Source of the DNA: Fibrobacteria bacterium
GTDB taxonomy: Bacteria > Fibrobacterota > Chitinivibrionia > Chitinivibrionales > FEN-1185
Direction: 5' to 3'
NCBI GenBank assembly: GCA_037447435.1
Contig: JBBIGR010000008.1
Span: 47,681-111,680, forward strand
Length of the DNA: 64,000 bases
The position numbers were made by a program, and so were the translations under genes. This document shows positions 37,394-47,074 of this stretch, one piece after another. The notes under the pieces were generated by a model that saw nothing but the letters and a program-made list of their open reading frames with translations, had not been told where the DNA came from and did no database searches. Within the stretch, counting starts at the first letter, position 1; each line of letters starts with the position of its first letter.

Positions 37394-39268
37394 GTGACTC
37401 TTAAAAATGAAAAATTAAGAATTACCCTAAAAATAATGATAAAAAATAATAAATATGTTTCTGCTATTATCCGTCGTATTTACGGTCCAATACTAATGAT
37501 GTTTGCATTTAGGACATTGTTTCGGATTTGGAATGCAATGAAACCCGAAGGATGCGGGATACCGGACAAGCATTTTTTTGCATTTAGCAGTGTTGACGCA
37601 GGTTTTTGGGTTTGGTATCGCAAAATCAGCATGGATTACAGTAGGTTTGGAAGATTTGGCTATTGCTGGGATGATGGCTTGGGAATGCCCCTTGGGGTGC
37701 GAGCATACAACAACTATGTAACATATTTTTTTCTAAACTTATTGCATCAAAGACGATATCTTGCCATAGGCTTTATTTCTTTTGCTGGGGTTTTAGGTTG
37801 CATATCTTCAATTGAATATGGACCACTTTTTGCAGTTTTGTTCACCTTGACCTTAATCGCTTCCCCTTTTGTTGTTTCCGTATTTATGCACTATGGGAAA
37901 CCGGAAGTGTTTTGGTACGGGGCCGCAATGCTTTGTCTCTATTATACTTTTTCGGGACATTTTGTTGTTGCAGGGATTATTTGGTCAATGATTGCCTTTG
38001 TCAATTTAGGCTGTTCCATAATGATTGTTATGTTTTTCGGCCCCATTGCCATTGTAAATGCCATCGCCCACAATTCGGTTCTCGGGTTATTTCTTTCTTG
38101 TTTGCCGGGGCTTTTAAAACATGGTTTTCGAATTGCCATGATGTTGAAGAATGGTTTTTTAAATAATCTTGTCTCCGAACAATCCCGTCTTTGGAAACGC
38201 CCATGGTATCCCACGGCCATCGATTTAGCCTGGTGGATACCTTATCTCTTTTCGATAATTGCAACTACTTTTCAGGGAAAATTACCTTTTGAAAATCTTT
38301 TTTTGCTAGGCCTTTGGCCAATTTTTGTTTATTGGTCGAATAATCGAATTCTATATTTCAATGACCAACAAAATGTCAATATGACTTTGTTGATCGCTGC
38401 AATAGCAATAGCTGGTGCCCATTTTTCACCGATAGGAATAATTTTCATTCTTGTATTTGCATATAACCATCCTGGGCTCTGTGGAATTCCCTTGACGCAA
38501 AAGATATTAAAAAAGGTTCATGTAAAGCTATCTGATCCTAATATTCTCCTGCGAGTTTCAAATTTCCCATCTCTAGATCCGATGACGTTTCCGATGCCTG
38601 AGGAATTAAAATGTTTGTTTTTAAGAATGACAGCTAATTCGCGAATTATTGCAGAAAGTGACGGTGATCCTAGAACCATATCAAAATTCAGGGGGTTTTG
38701 GCTATGGGTGGATGGTTTTTTGCCTGAGAGGAATATTGACTTGGTCAATGATCTCTATTTTCGATTAAATGAACCAGACCTCTTTAATCGATACCTTATC
38801 CCTTTTTCATCAGATCATATGTCAGGCGATAAAATGCTTGATATATGCAAATCTCTTGGTGCAGGTTATGTGGTAGCACACTCGGATAGGACAGTACAAT
38901 CTTTGATTGAAAATGGGTTTTTGATATGCGCCGTAGCCGATATTGCGCCACTCGAAGATTTTCGTAGGCTGGTATCTGCGCCACCTGTAATTTTGACACT
39001 TTTGAAAAATCCAGATCGAGCTGGCGTCATTGACCCAGATGTACAGTGGAATTACAATAAAAAAGGTGCCATGAGATGGAATGCTACAAGAACCGGAGAA
39101 TACAAAATTCGCATTCGATACCACAAGTATATGAAAGCCACCAATAACGGAATGCCGATACGCGTTAAGCCTTATCAGCCTTTTCAAAATGTGCCGACGC
39201 AATTTATGAAAATTACAATTGAAAATCCTGGCCAAGTTGACCTTTTTTATTGTCAAAAAATAATTTAA
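37394..39268 (+). CDS. large polytopic membrane protein with ~240-aa C-terminal soluble domain (candidate GT-C glycosyltransferase or polymerase)
   Basis: About 10 or more hydrophobic segments over the first ~380 aa, followed by a hydrophilic C-terminal domain. No family motif recognised. The start is uncertain (GTG 37394 or ATG 37436). Confidence 0.4.
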   Translation: MTLKNEKLRITLKIMIKNNKYVSAIIRRIYGPILMMFAFRTLFRIWNAMKPEGCGIPDKHFFAFSSVDAGFWVWYRKISMDYSRFGRFGYCWDDGLGMPLGVRAYNNYVTYFFLNLLHQRRYLAIGFISFAGVLGCISSIEYGPLFAVLFTLTLIASPFVVSVFMHYGKPEVFWYGAAMLCLYYTFSGHFVVAGIIWSMIAFVNLGCSIMIVMFFGPIAIVNAIAHNSVLGLFLSCLPGLLKHGFRIAMMLKNGFLNNLVSEQSRLWKRPWYPTAIDLAWWIPYLFSIIATTFQGKLPFENLFLLGLWPIFVYWSNNRILYFNDQQNVNMTLLIAAIAIAGAHFSPIGIIFILVFAYNHPGLCGIPLTQKILKKVHVKLSDPNILLRVSNFPSLDPMTFPMPEELKCLFLRMTANSRIIAESDGDPRTISKFRGFWLWVDGFLPERNIDLVNDLYFRLNEPDLFNRYLIPFSSDHMSGDKMLDICKSLGAGYVVAHSDRTVQSLIENGFLICAVADIAPLEDFRRLVSAPPVILTLLKNPDRAGVIDPDVQWNYNKKGAMRWNATRTGEYKIRIRYHKYMKATNNGMPIRVKPYQPFQNVPTQFMKITIENPGQVDLFYCQKII

Positions 39269-39288
39269 TTAAATCGACTTTAAATAAA

Positions 39289-40761
39289 ATGAACGTTTTC
39301 GCACGACTTGGAAAAGAATCTCTTATTTACGGGGCAGGAGGAGTAATAGGAAGATTCATTGGATTCTTTCTTTTGCCAATATATACGAGAGTGTTTGCTC
39401 CATCCACTTACGGCGTTATGGATGTAATTTCTACAACGACTGCATTATTTGCCATGATTTTAACTTCCGGCATTGCAGATACAGCTCTTAGTTTTTATTT
39501 TTTTGAACGGTCTGACCATGACGATCGACGAAGAACTGTTGTATCGCTCATGGTGTATATCATAACAGTAACCGGAACCATAGCCGTTTTTGTGTGGTAT
39601 TTTGCTTCCCCTTTATGCATGCTCCTTTTTGGAAACAGTCAAAGTGCTCCTTTTTTAAAAATTGCAATAGCAGCTGTTCCCTTTACTTGCATTAATTCCA
39701 TGCATGCCAATCTTTTAAGGCTGCAACGTCGCCCTTTGGTTTATACATCATTTTCACTAAGTCAAGTATTAGCGACCGCTAGTCTGACTATTTGGCTTGT
39801 CATTGGTGTTAAAATGGGAGTTAAAGGTGTCTTTACCGCGAACGTCATCATCGCGATTATGTTTTTCATAGTAGGCGCTATTGTCAATAGAAGATTTCTT
39901 GGAAACGTTCTTGATTTAAAAAGACTACGAGAGCTTATTCAATACGGATTGCCTTTATTAATTGGGGGACTAACGAGTTGGATGATCTGCTATTTGGATA
40001 GATATTTTCTGATTCGCATGACATCTTTAGAAAAAATCGGTCTATATTCAGTGGGGCTTAGAATAGCATCTGCAATGACATTTGTGACTATGTCTTTCAG
40101 GTTGGCAAATGCGCCTTTTCAATTTGAAATATCTAAAACCGAATCTGCTAAAGATGCCTATTCAAAAACATTTATATATTTCTGTCTTGGCACAGCATGG
40201 TGCATGGTAGCAATATCACTTGCCGCTCGTCCAACTCTGTCAATAATGACTCCTCCAGCATATGCAAAAGCTTTTTTTGTGGTCCCAATTGCGGCCTTTA
40301 CTGCGGTTGTCGATGGAATTACTCAGATTGTGGCTGTCGGATTGCTTTTAAAACGAAAAACAAATGTTGCGGGAATCGCCATGATTATAGGTGCCGTAAT
40401 GCATATCGCCTTTCTGTGGATCCTAATTCCTTTTTTTAATATTGTTGGCGCCGCGTTGGCGATTCTATTGTCCAATATTATTATGGCTAGTATTTACTAT
40501 TTTGCAAGTCAAAGAGTGTATCGAATCTCATTTGCCTTAAAAAGAATGATTGTAACATATTTTTCATCAGGCATTTTTATTGTTGTTGGAATTATGCTTC
40601 AACGTGGAAATGTTGTGCTTGACATTGGTGTTGCTGTGATAGGAATGATAATCTGGCCTTTGTTTGTAATATTTACCGGGATTGTTCGTCGTGAGGAAAA
40701 GACTGCTATTTTTAATAGCCTCAGACGATTGTCTTTTGGAATAGCCGGAAAACTTCGTTAA
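39289..40761 (+). CDS. wzx: Wzx-type oligosaccharide flippase (MOP superfamily)
   Basis: About 490 aa with 12-14 TM segments. N-terminus ...GAGGVIGRFIGFFLLPIYTRVF is typical of polysaccharide-biosynthesis (PST) flippases. ATG 39289 lies just after the upstream stop. The ORF opens at TTG 39250. Confidence 0.75.
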   Translation: MNVFARLGKESLIYGAGGVIGRFIGFFLLPIYTRVFAPSTYGVMDVISTTTALFAMILTSGIADTALSFYFFERSDHDDRRRTVVSLMVYIITVTGTIAVFVWYFASPLCMLLFGNSQSAPFLKIAIAAVPFTCINSMHANLLRLQRRPLVYTSFSLSQVLATASLTIWLVIGVKMGVKGVFTANVIIAIMFFIVGAIVNRRFLGNVLDLKRLRELIQYGLPLLIGGLTSWMICYLDRYFLIRMTSLEKIGLYSVGLRIASAMTFVTMSFRLANAPFQFEISKTESAKDAYSKTFIYFCLGTAWCMVAISLAARPTLSIMTPPAYAKAFFVVPIAAFTAVVDGITQIVAVGLLLKRKTNVAGIAMIIGAVMHIAFLWILIPFFNIVGAALAILLSNIIMASIYYFASQRVYRISFALKRMIVTYFSSGIFIVVGIMLQRGNVVLDIGVAVIGMIIWPLFVIFTGIVRREEKTAIFNSLRRLSFGIAGKLR

Positions 40762-40819
40762 TTATGGACTATTGTAAATTAAATTACAAAATTATAACTT
40801 ATTTAAGGCAAAGAAATAA

Positions 40820-41431
40820 ATGGTAATTGTAGATTATGGAATGGGAAATCTAGGCTCGATTTTTAATATGCTTAAAAAAATTGGTGTGCCAGCGGAGATT
40901 TCATCGAATAAAAAAGTGATAGCAGAAGCAAAAAAACTTATTTTGCCGGGTGTTGGATCGTTTGATAATGCAATAAAAAATTTAACGTCTCTCGACTTGA
41001 TGAACATTCTCAATAAAAAAGTGTTGGAAGACAAAACGCCGATTCTTGGAATATGCCTGGGTATACAATTGTTTACAAAAAGAAGTGACGAAGGAGTATT
41101 GCAAGGATTGGGGTGGATTGATGCAGAAACGGTATCTTTTTTAAAATATATCGACATCAAGGCTATGAAAGTTCCCCATATGGGGTGGAATTCAATAAAG
41201 GTCCAAAGAAAGAATCCTCTTATGGACCAAATTGATGGGGACTTGCGATACTACTTTGTTCATTCCTATTTTGTCAAGTGCAATGATCATAATGATAGTA
41301 TTGCTCTGACCAACTATGGAATTGAATTCACCTCAAGCATACAGAAGGAAAATATTTTCGGAGTGCAATTTCATCCCGAAAAAAGTCACCGTTTTGGAAT
41401 GCAACTATTAGCCAATTTTGCCGGAATTTGA
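40820..41431 (+). CDS. hisH: imidazole glycerol phosphate synthase HisH-like glutamine amidotransferase (glycan-locus paralog, WbuY/HisH2-like)
   Basis: VIVDYGMGNLGS, LPGVGSF, the catalytic Cys context GICLGIQL and the HPEKS triad end. Confidence 0.85.
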   Translation: MVIVDYGMGNLGSIFNMLKKIGVPAEISSNKKVIAEAKKLILPGVGSFDNAIKNLTSLDLMNILNKKVLEDKTPILGICLGIQLFTKRSDEGVLQGLGWIDAETVSFLKYIDIKAMKVPHMGWNSIKVQRKNPLMDQIDGDLRYYFVHSYFVKCNDHNDSIALTNYGIEFTSSIQKENIFGVQFHPEKSHRFGMQLLANFAGI

Positions 41432-41435
41432 TCCT

Positions 41436-42215
41436 ATGCTTAAAACAAGGGTTATTCCTTGTCTCCTTCTTCGGAACAAGGGATTAGTAAAAACAATTAA
41501 CTTTCGTAAAGCTAAATATATTGGCGACCCAATTAATGCAGTCAAGATATTCAATGACAAGGGTGTTGATGAATTGATTTTTCTGGATATAGATGCAACA
41601 AAGTGCCATCAAAAACCGGATTTTGCTTTAATTGCCAATATTGCTCAAGAATGTTTTATGCCTTTTGCTTATGGTGGTGGTATTTCAACCTGTGACGACG
41701 CCAAAAAGCTGATTAACCTAGGATGCGAAAAAATTATTATAAATACTGCCGCTTATGAAAAGCCAACATTGATAGAAGAAATGGCAAAAATACTCGGGAG
41801 TCAAAGTGTTGTGGTTTCAATTGATGTAAAAAAATCGGTGATAGGCGGGTATCGATGTTTTACAAATGGTGGTACGAAAAAAACAAAACTTGATCCGTGT
41901 TCGTTAGCAAAAATGGCCCAAAATTATGGTGCTGGTGAAATATTCCTTACTTCAATCGAACGTGAAGGAACATGGAAAGGCTTTGATCTATCGCTAATAA
42001 AAATGGTTGCCGATTCAATTTCGATTCCTCTCATTGCTTGTGGTGGAGCAAAAACAATAAGTGATCTTGGAAAATCAGTATTGGAGGGCGGGGCCTCAGC
42101 CGTTGCGGCAGGGAGCATGTTTGTTTATCATGGTCCTCATCATGCAGTTCTTATCAATTTTCCTACGGAAAAGGAATTGCAAGAAGTTTTACCATTGTCA
42201 ATAATTAAAAAATAA
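41436..42215 (+). CDS. hisF: HisF-like cyclase subunit (glycan-locus paralog, WbuZ/HisF2-like)
   Basis: MLKTRVIPCLLL, DELIFLDI, GGGI and GASAVAAGSMFVY. Confidence 0.85.
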   Translation: MLKTRVIPCLLLRNKGLVKTINFRKAKYIGDPINAVKIFNDKGVDELIFLDIDATKCHQKPDFALIANIAQECFMPFAYGGGISTCDDAKKLINLGCEKIIINTAAYEKPTLIEEMAKILGSQSVVVSIDVKKSVIGGYRCFTNGGTKKTKLDPCSLAKMAQNYGAGEIFLTSIEREGTWKGFDLSLIKMVADSISIPLIACGGAKTISDLGKSVLEGGASAVAAGSMFVYHGPHHAVLINFPTEKELQEVLPLSIIKK

Positions 42216-42244
42216 CGCACTTTTATTATCAGGGAACATCTTTT

Positions 42245-43414
42245 ATGGCTAAAAATTACAGAATTTGCACTAAATGTGTTATGGACACTTCTGATCCATT
42301 GATTGTTTTTGATAAGGAAGGACGTTGCAATCATTGCAAATTTTATGATAAAATGGCAAGTGAATCATTGTTTAGTAAGGATGAGCAAGAACAGAGATTA
42401 AAAAAAATCGTTGAAAGAATTAGAATTGATGGAAAAGGAAAACGATACGATTGTATTGTCGGTGTAAGCGGTGGAATTGATAGCACGTATACAGCTTATT
42501 TGGCAAAGCAAATCGGGTTAAGGCCCCTAGCCGTTCATCTTGATAATGGGTGGAATTCAGAACTTGCGGTAAGTAATATTGAAAAAACATTAAAAACGCT
42601 TGATATTGATTTGTTTACTCGCGTGCTTGATTGGGAAGAATTTAAGGACTTGCAACTTTCTTTTCTTAAAGCTTCCACGCCGGATTCCGAAATACCTACG
42701 GATCATGCGATTGTTGCAACGCTGTATCAGGTTGCAACTCGCGAACGGTTGAAATATTTAATTATGGGGACAAATGTTCAGAGTGAGGCTATCATGGCTC
42801 GCGCTTGGAGTCAGGGCTATTTTGATTGGCGCTATATTAGAAAGATTCAACAACGTTTTGGAAGGAAAAAAATAAAGGATTTCCCGCATTTTAATCTTAT
42901 GCAACTTGGTGTTTACAAACATTTCCATCGGATTCAGGAAATATCGTTGCTTCACTATTTCCCCTATGTAAAAGAAGATGCTAAAGCTTTTGTAAAGGAT
43001 AAACTGGGTTGGGTCGATTATGGGGGGAAACATTATGAGTCAATTTATACCAGATTTTATCAAGGCTATATTCTTCCAAACAAGTTCGGTTTTGATAAAA
43101 GGCGGGCACATTTGTCTACGCTCATATGTTCCGGTCAGGTTTCTCGAGAAATTGCTTTAAAAGAGCTTGAAAAAGACCCGTACGTTACCCAACAGATGAA
43201 GAATGATGATAAAGAATATGTTATTAAAAAACTTGGTCTTTCAAACAGCGAATTCGCGGAGATTATGAGTTCTCCACCGAAAACATTTTGGGAATATCCA
43301 TCCTACTCGACAGCCTTCTTTTACAAGATATATTTCTTTCTGAGATACAATATTTATAATCGACTCAGAGGAAAATCAATTCTGAAGCTTTCTAAAGTGC
43401 GATTGGGAAAATAA
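42245..43414 (+). CDS. N-acetyl sugar amidotransferase (WbpG/WbuX/PseA-like PP-loop enzyme)
   Basis: N-terminal Zn ribbon (CTKCVMDTSDP...CNHC) and the PP-loop VGVSGGIDSTY. Directly follows hisH-hisF, as in the P. aeruginosa O5 wbp locus. Confidence 0.75.
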   Translation: MAKNYRICTKCVMDTSDPLIVFDKEGRCNHCKFYDKMASESLFSKDEQEQRLKKIVERIRIDGKGKRYDCIVGVSGGIDSTYTAYLAKQIGLRPLAVHLDNGWNSELAVSNIEKTLKTLDIDLFTRVLDWEEFKDLQLSFLKASTPDSEIPTDHAIVATLYQVATRERLKYLIMGTNVQSEAIMARAWSQGYFDWRYIRKIQQRFGRKKIKDFPHFNLMQLGVYKHFHRIQEISLLHYFPYVKEDAKAFVKDKLGWVDYGGKHYESIYTRFYQGYILPNKFGFDKRRAHLSTLICSGQVSREIALKELEKDPYVTQQMKNDDKEYVIKKLGLSNSEFAEIMSSPPKTFWEYPSYSTAFFYKIYFFLRYNIYNRLRGKSILKLSKVRLGK

Positions 43415-43474
43415 AATCAGTTTTCTAGCCATATTCCCTCCGAACAAAGGTTCCCACAGAAAGATGGACGCTGT

Positions 43475-44287
43475 ATGGGTTTAAAAAAAACAAAACGCTT
43501 AGTAATAAGGCTATACTTTTTCTTTCTTGAGTTTGGCATAGATCCTTTACGTACAGTTCGATCAATAAAAGGATTAATATTTTATGGCAAAGATTTTATC
43601 GAACTGAAAAAGCAAGTTCGGCAGTCATTTCCGGATTTTCCAATTAAAAGTTTATACCCATGCCTAAATGATCGCTTTGACCAGGGCGATTGCGTTTTAA
43701 CGCATTATTTCCAACAAGACTTATATGTGGCTCAGAAGGTTTTCCTGGCACGGCCAAGAAAGCACGTCGATGTTGGATCTAGTTTGACGGGTTTTGTAGC
43801 TCATGTTGCGTCTTTTCGAAACTTAGAAGTTATCGATATACGAAATGTAAAGCATTCGATTCCAAACGTGAAGTTCCAAAGAAATGATATTACCGATCCT
43901 TCTTTTAATCTGAAAAATTATTGCGATTCTCTTTCATGTCTCCATGTCTTGGAACATTTAGGCTTAGGCAGATACGGCGACACTGTGGATGGCAACGGCT
44001 ACAAAAAAGGCCTTACAAATCTGGCTCAGATGCTTGAACCAAACGGGACTCTATATCTTTCAGTTCCCATCGGACCCCAACGGATTGAATTTAATGCTCA
44101 TAGGGTTTTTTCAGTGGAATATTTTTTAAACATTGTGGAAGAATGGTTTTCAATCATTTCGTTTTCGTATGTTGATGATGCAGGGTTCTTGCATGTTAAT
44201 GCGGCACTAGAGCAGGACGACATTAATTCCAATTTTTCCTGCATTTATGGATGTGGCATTCTGGAGTTAAAAAGAAATAGCAATTAA
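43475..44287 (+). CDS. DUF268-like SAM-dependent methyltransferase (4 of 8)
   Basis: HVDVGSSLTGFVAHV, LSCLHVLEHLGLGRYGD and LEPNGTLYLSVP. Confidence 0.55.
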   Translation: MGLKKTKRLVIRLYFFFLEFGIDPLRTVRSIKGLIFYGKDFIELKKQVRQSFPDFPIKSLYPCLNDRFDQGDCVLTHYFQQDLYVAQKVFLARPRKHVDVGSSLTGFVAHVASFRNLEVIDIRNVKHSIPNVKFQRNDITDPSFNLKNYCDSLSCLHVLEHLGLGRYGDTVDGNGYKKGLTNLAQMLEPNGTLYLSVPIGPQRIEFNAHRVFSVEYFLNIVEEWFSIISFSYVDDAGFLHVNAALEQDDINSNFSCIYGCGILELKRNSN

Positions 44288-44321
44288 AATTCGCAAAATT
44301 CATTTGAATCGGAGTATAAAA

Positions 44322-45548
44322 GTGAATAAAACAGTTCTGCTTTTGTGTTATTATTATTTACCGTGCAATCATTCGGCCTCAAAACGTTCCGGATGTTTGG
44401 CGAAGTATCTTCCAACGTTTGGGTGGAAAGCGCTAGTGCTTTCGAACAAATGGACAGAAAATAATTGCACCTATGATTTAGGCTTTATAAAAAACCTTCC
44501 TGCTGATGCTGTTGTTGGGAGGGCTGACGATGCAGAATATTCTTCCCGCTACCCTGGAAAATTCTTTCGAAAAATAAACACATTTTTATTGCCTCACCAT
44601 TTTCCTTTTCACTACCGGCGAAATGCAAAAAAACAATTGTCAAGAATTGTAGAAGAAAATAAAATTGACATTATATGGGCAACTTCGCCACCAGATGCGC
44701 CTCTATGGCTTGCCTCATGGTGCAAAAAAAAATGGGGCATTCCTTGGGTTGCTGATTTTCGTGATGTATGGGGAACTTGTCCATTTATGATAAATAAAAT
44801 TATGGATCCAATACATGTATTTCATGAAAAACGGATGATGCGAACGGCTTCCGCAATTGTAACGGTTTCGGATCATTTAGTGGAGGTACTACAAAAAAGG
44901 CATAAAAGAACAGTTCATTTAATACCAAATGGGTTTGATCCCGAAGGTGTTGTGAAAACGCAACCTGTTTCGCTTCCTAATTTTCGGATTGTTTTTACGG
45001 GAAGCGTGGGAAGAAAAATGATTGAATATGGAGTTTTACTCGCGGAGGTAATAAATCATTTACACCTACAGGGTTCCATTAACAAAGACAATATCTCAAT
45101 TGAATTTTATTCTGATAATACAGATTTGCTAAAAGAGTTTCTACAAAAACCGCAATTTATTTCCTTCATAAAAATCTCCAAAAGAGTGTCTGCGGAAGAA
45201 TGCATAGATTTGCAACGGAACGCCGCAGTGTTGTTGATGTTTACATATAACGGTTTTAAGGGAATGATGACAGGGAAAATATTCGAATATCTTTCGGCAA
45301 AACGCCCAATTCTTGTTATACCCAATGATCATGATTGCGTAGAGCAAGTAGTTAAAGAAACCAATGCAGGTTCCTGTTGTTCAACATCCGAAGAAATAGA
45401 AAAACAAATTCTTTTCTGGTTTACTGAATGGAAAAAAACGGAAATAATTGCCTATCATGGAAATGAAGAGGCTATTATGAAATATTCGCGCAAAGAACAG
45501 GCAAACAAATTTGCAAAAATATTTAATGAAATATCAAAAGCTAACTAG
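44322..45548 (+). CDS. GT-B fold glycosyltransferase (GT4-like)
   Basis: VLLLCYYYLP..HSASKR is an N-terminus typical of Glyco_trans_4-type domains. The C-terminal half carries GKIFEYLSAKRPILV. GTG 44322 lies 7 nt after GGAG. The ORF opens at TTG 44304. Confidence 0.6.
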   Translation: MNKTVLLLCYYYLPCNHSASKRSGCLAKYLPTFGWKALVLSNKWTENNCTYDLGFIKNLPADAVVGRADDAEYSSRYPGKFFRKINTFLLPHHFPFHYRRNAKKQLSRIVEENKIDIIWATSPPDAPLWLASWCKKKWGIPWVADFRDVWGTCPFMINKIMDPIHVFHEKRMMRTASAIVTVSDHLVEVLQKRHKRTVHLIPNGFDPEGVVKTQPVSLPNFRIVFTGSVGRKMIEYGVLLAEVINHLHLQGSINKDNISIEFYSDNTDLLKEFLQKPQFISFIKISKRVSAEECIDLQRNAAVLLMFTYNGFKGMMTGKIFEYLSAKRPILVIPNDHDCVEQVVKETNAGSCCSTSEEIEKQILFWFTEWKKTEIIAYHGNEEAIMKYSRKEQANKFAKIFNEISKAN

Positions 45549-45593
45549 ACCATCTATTTCAAACTTTTTTAAGACTTAGCATAATAAAAAAAT

Positions 45594-47072
45594 ATGCTCG
45601 CCTATCCTACAAATTTCCCATTAACAAACGGTTTAGCACAAATTCCCAACAATCGCAGCAAAGCAACTAATAAAACTTTGTTGCTATGCTTATTTGCCCT
45701 TTCGTTTGCAGCAGGGATAGGGTACATTCAGGTCTTTTGCAAAGAGGGACAAATTGCCACTTCTTTGTTTTATTCTTTTACCCTGGTATTTGGTGTCAAA
45801 ACAATTTTCATGCTCTCTCGGGCAGTAAACGATTCTCGAATTAAATATTTGGCATATATATTCCTCATAAAAATGATCATTTTATTATTCTTGCTTCATT
45901 TTGCATGGGAGCCGCTTCTTAATCCCCACGCTTTATACTACGGTTATGATCCTCAACGATACTATTTTCAGGCAGAAATGTTGGCAAGAAACCATTTTAA
46001 TATGAAAAATCTCGATATTAATTTGAATTATCCGGGAATTTTATATTATTGGGGCTTCTTTTTTAACATATTTGGACACAATACTGTTGTTCCATTAATT
46101 GTCAATTCATTAACAACAGAAATCGCGTGCATTTTAATTGTTTTTACCGGATATCATATCCGGCCCTTTCCCAAAAAACATGATTGGATGCTTGGTCTTT
46201 TTATGGTAATTCCAGAGGTTTTGTATTTTGATACAATCTCTGCTCGTGAGTCGGCCATGATGGGGCTGCTTATTATTAGTATACTAGGTGTTTTTCTTTT
46301 CTTTTCTAAATTATTAAAAAAAAACAAGATGTTATCATACGGACTAATGGCATTATCAATTGTTAGTTCATTTCTTGTATTATTTATTAGAACCCCAATG
46401 ATTCTGCCAATTATTACAAGCCAGTCCATGCTCCTGTTGGTGTCAAGAAATGTGAAACCAAGTTTAATAAAAACCGTATTTTCCGTTATTGTAATAATAC
46501 TTTTGTTTTCTGTATTTCAAGGTTTATTAAGAAAATCCGGATTTGATTACACAGATAGAATTATGAGAACGCAAAGGATGGAGTTGGGGAATGAATGGAC
46601 TGAAAATTCAATCGGAAAGAAGTTTGTGCCAAAGAACAACCTAGAATATGCCTTTTTTGCTCCATTTCGCTTTGCAATTTATATTGCCGCCCCATTACCA
46701 ACAATTGACATACGTGTTAAAGAATTATTTTTAGGCTATTTTTTTGCTTGGGAAATTCTATTAGATACAATAAGCGCATTCATTTATGTTGTATTGTTCC
46801 CTTTTGCTATGGTTTCCATCTATTACATTATGCGTTTTGGTAAAAGAAATTGGGCTGTTTTTGCAATTCCCTTTCTCTTTTCTTTTGCTTCAATAGCTTT
46901 TGGAAATGACATTATACATCCCAGGTATCGATTAATGGCCATTCCGTTTTTATGGGGTGCGATTTGGCTTGGACGATTTTGCAAATTCAAATTGATTGAG
47001 AAAAGTTTTGCGGGATGGTATTTCGTTATTTGTGCAGGAATAGTCACTTATTTCGGAATGAAGGGCTTTTAA
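45594..47072 (+). CDS. polytopic membrane protein (candidate Wzy-type polymerase or GT-C enzyme)
   Basis: 492 aa and almost entirely hydrophobic segments. No family motif recognised. Confidence 0.4.
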   Translation: MLAYPTNFPLTNGLAQIPNNRSKATNKTLLLCLFALSFAAGIGYIQVFCKEGQIATSLFYSFTLVFGVKTIFMLSRAVNDSRIKYLAYIFLIKMIILLFLLHFAWEPLLNPHALYYGYDPQRYYFQAEMLARNHFNMKNLDINLNYPGILYYWGFFFNIFGHNTVVPLIVNSLTTEIACILIVFTGYHIRPFPKKHDWMLGLFMVIPEVLYFDTISARESAMMGLLIISILGVFLFFSKLLKKNKMLSYGLMALSIVSSFLVLFIRTPMILPIITSQSMLLLVSRNVKPSLIKTVFSVIVIILLFSVFQGLLRKSGFDYTDRIMRTQRMELGNEWTENSIGKKFVPKNNLEYAFFAPFRFAIYIAAPLPTIDIRVKELFLGYFFAWEILLDTISAFIYVVLFPFAMVSIYYIMRFGKRNWAVFAIPFLFSFASIAFGNDIIHPRYRLMAIPFLWGAIWLGRFCKFKLIEKSFAGWYFVICAGIVTYFGMKGF

Positions 47073-47074
47073 AC

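Noticed and set aside
40820-42215. hisH-hisF read as part of a histidine biosynthesis operon.
   Set aside because: No other his genes are adjacent. The pair is embedded between wzx and a WbpG-like amidotransferase, exactly as in the known glycan-locus paralogs.
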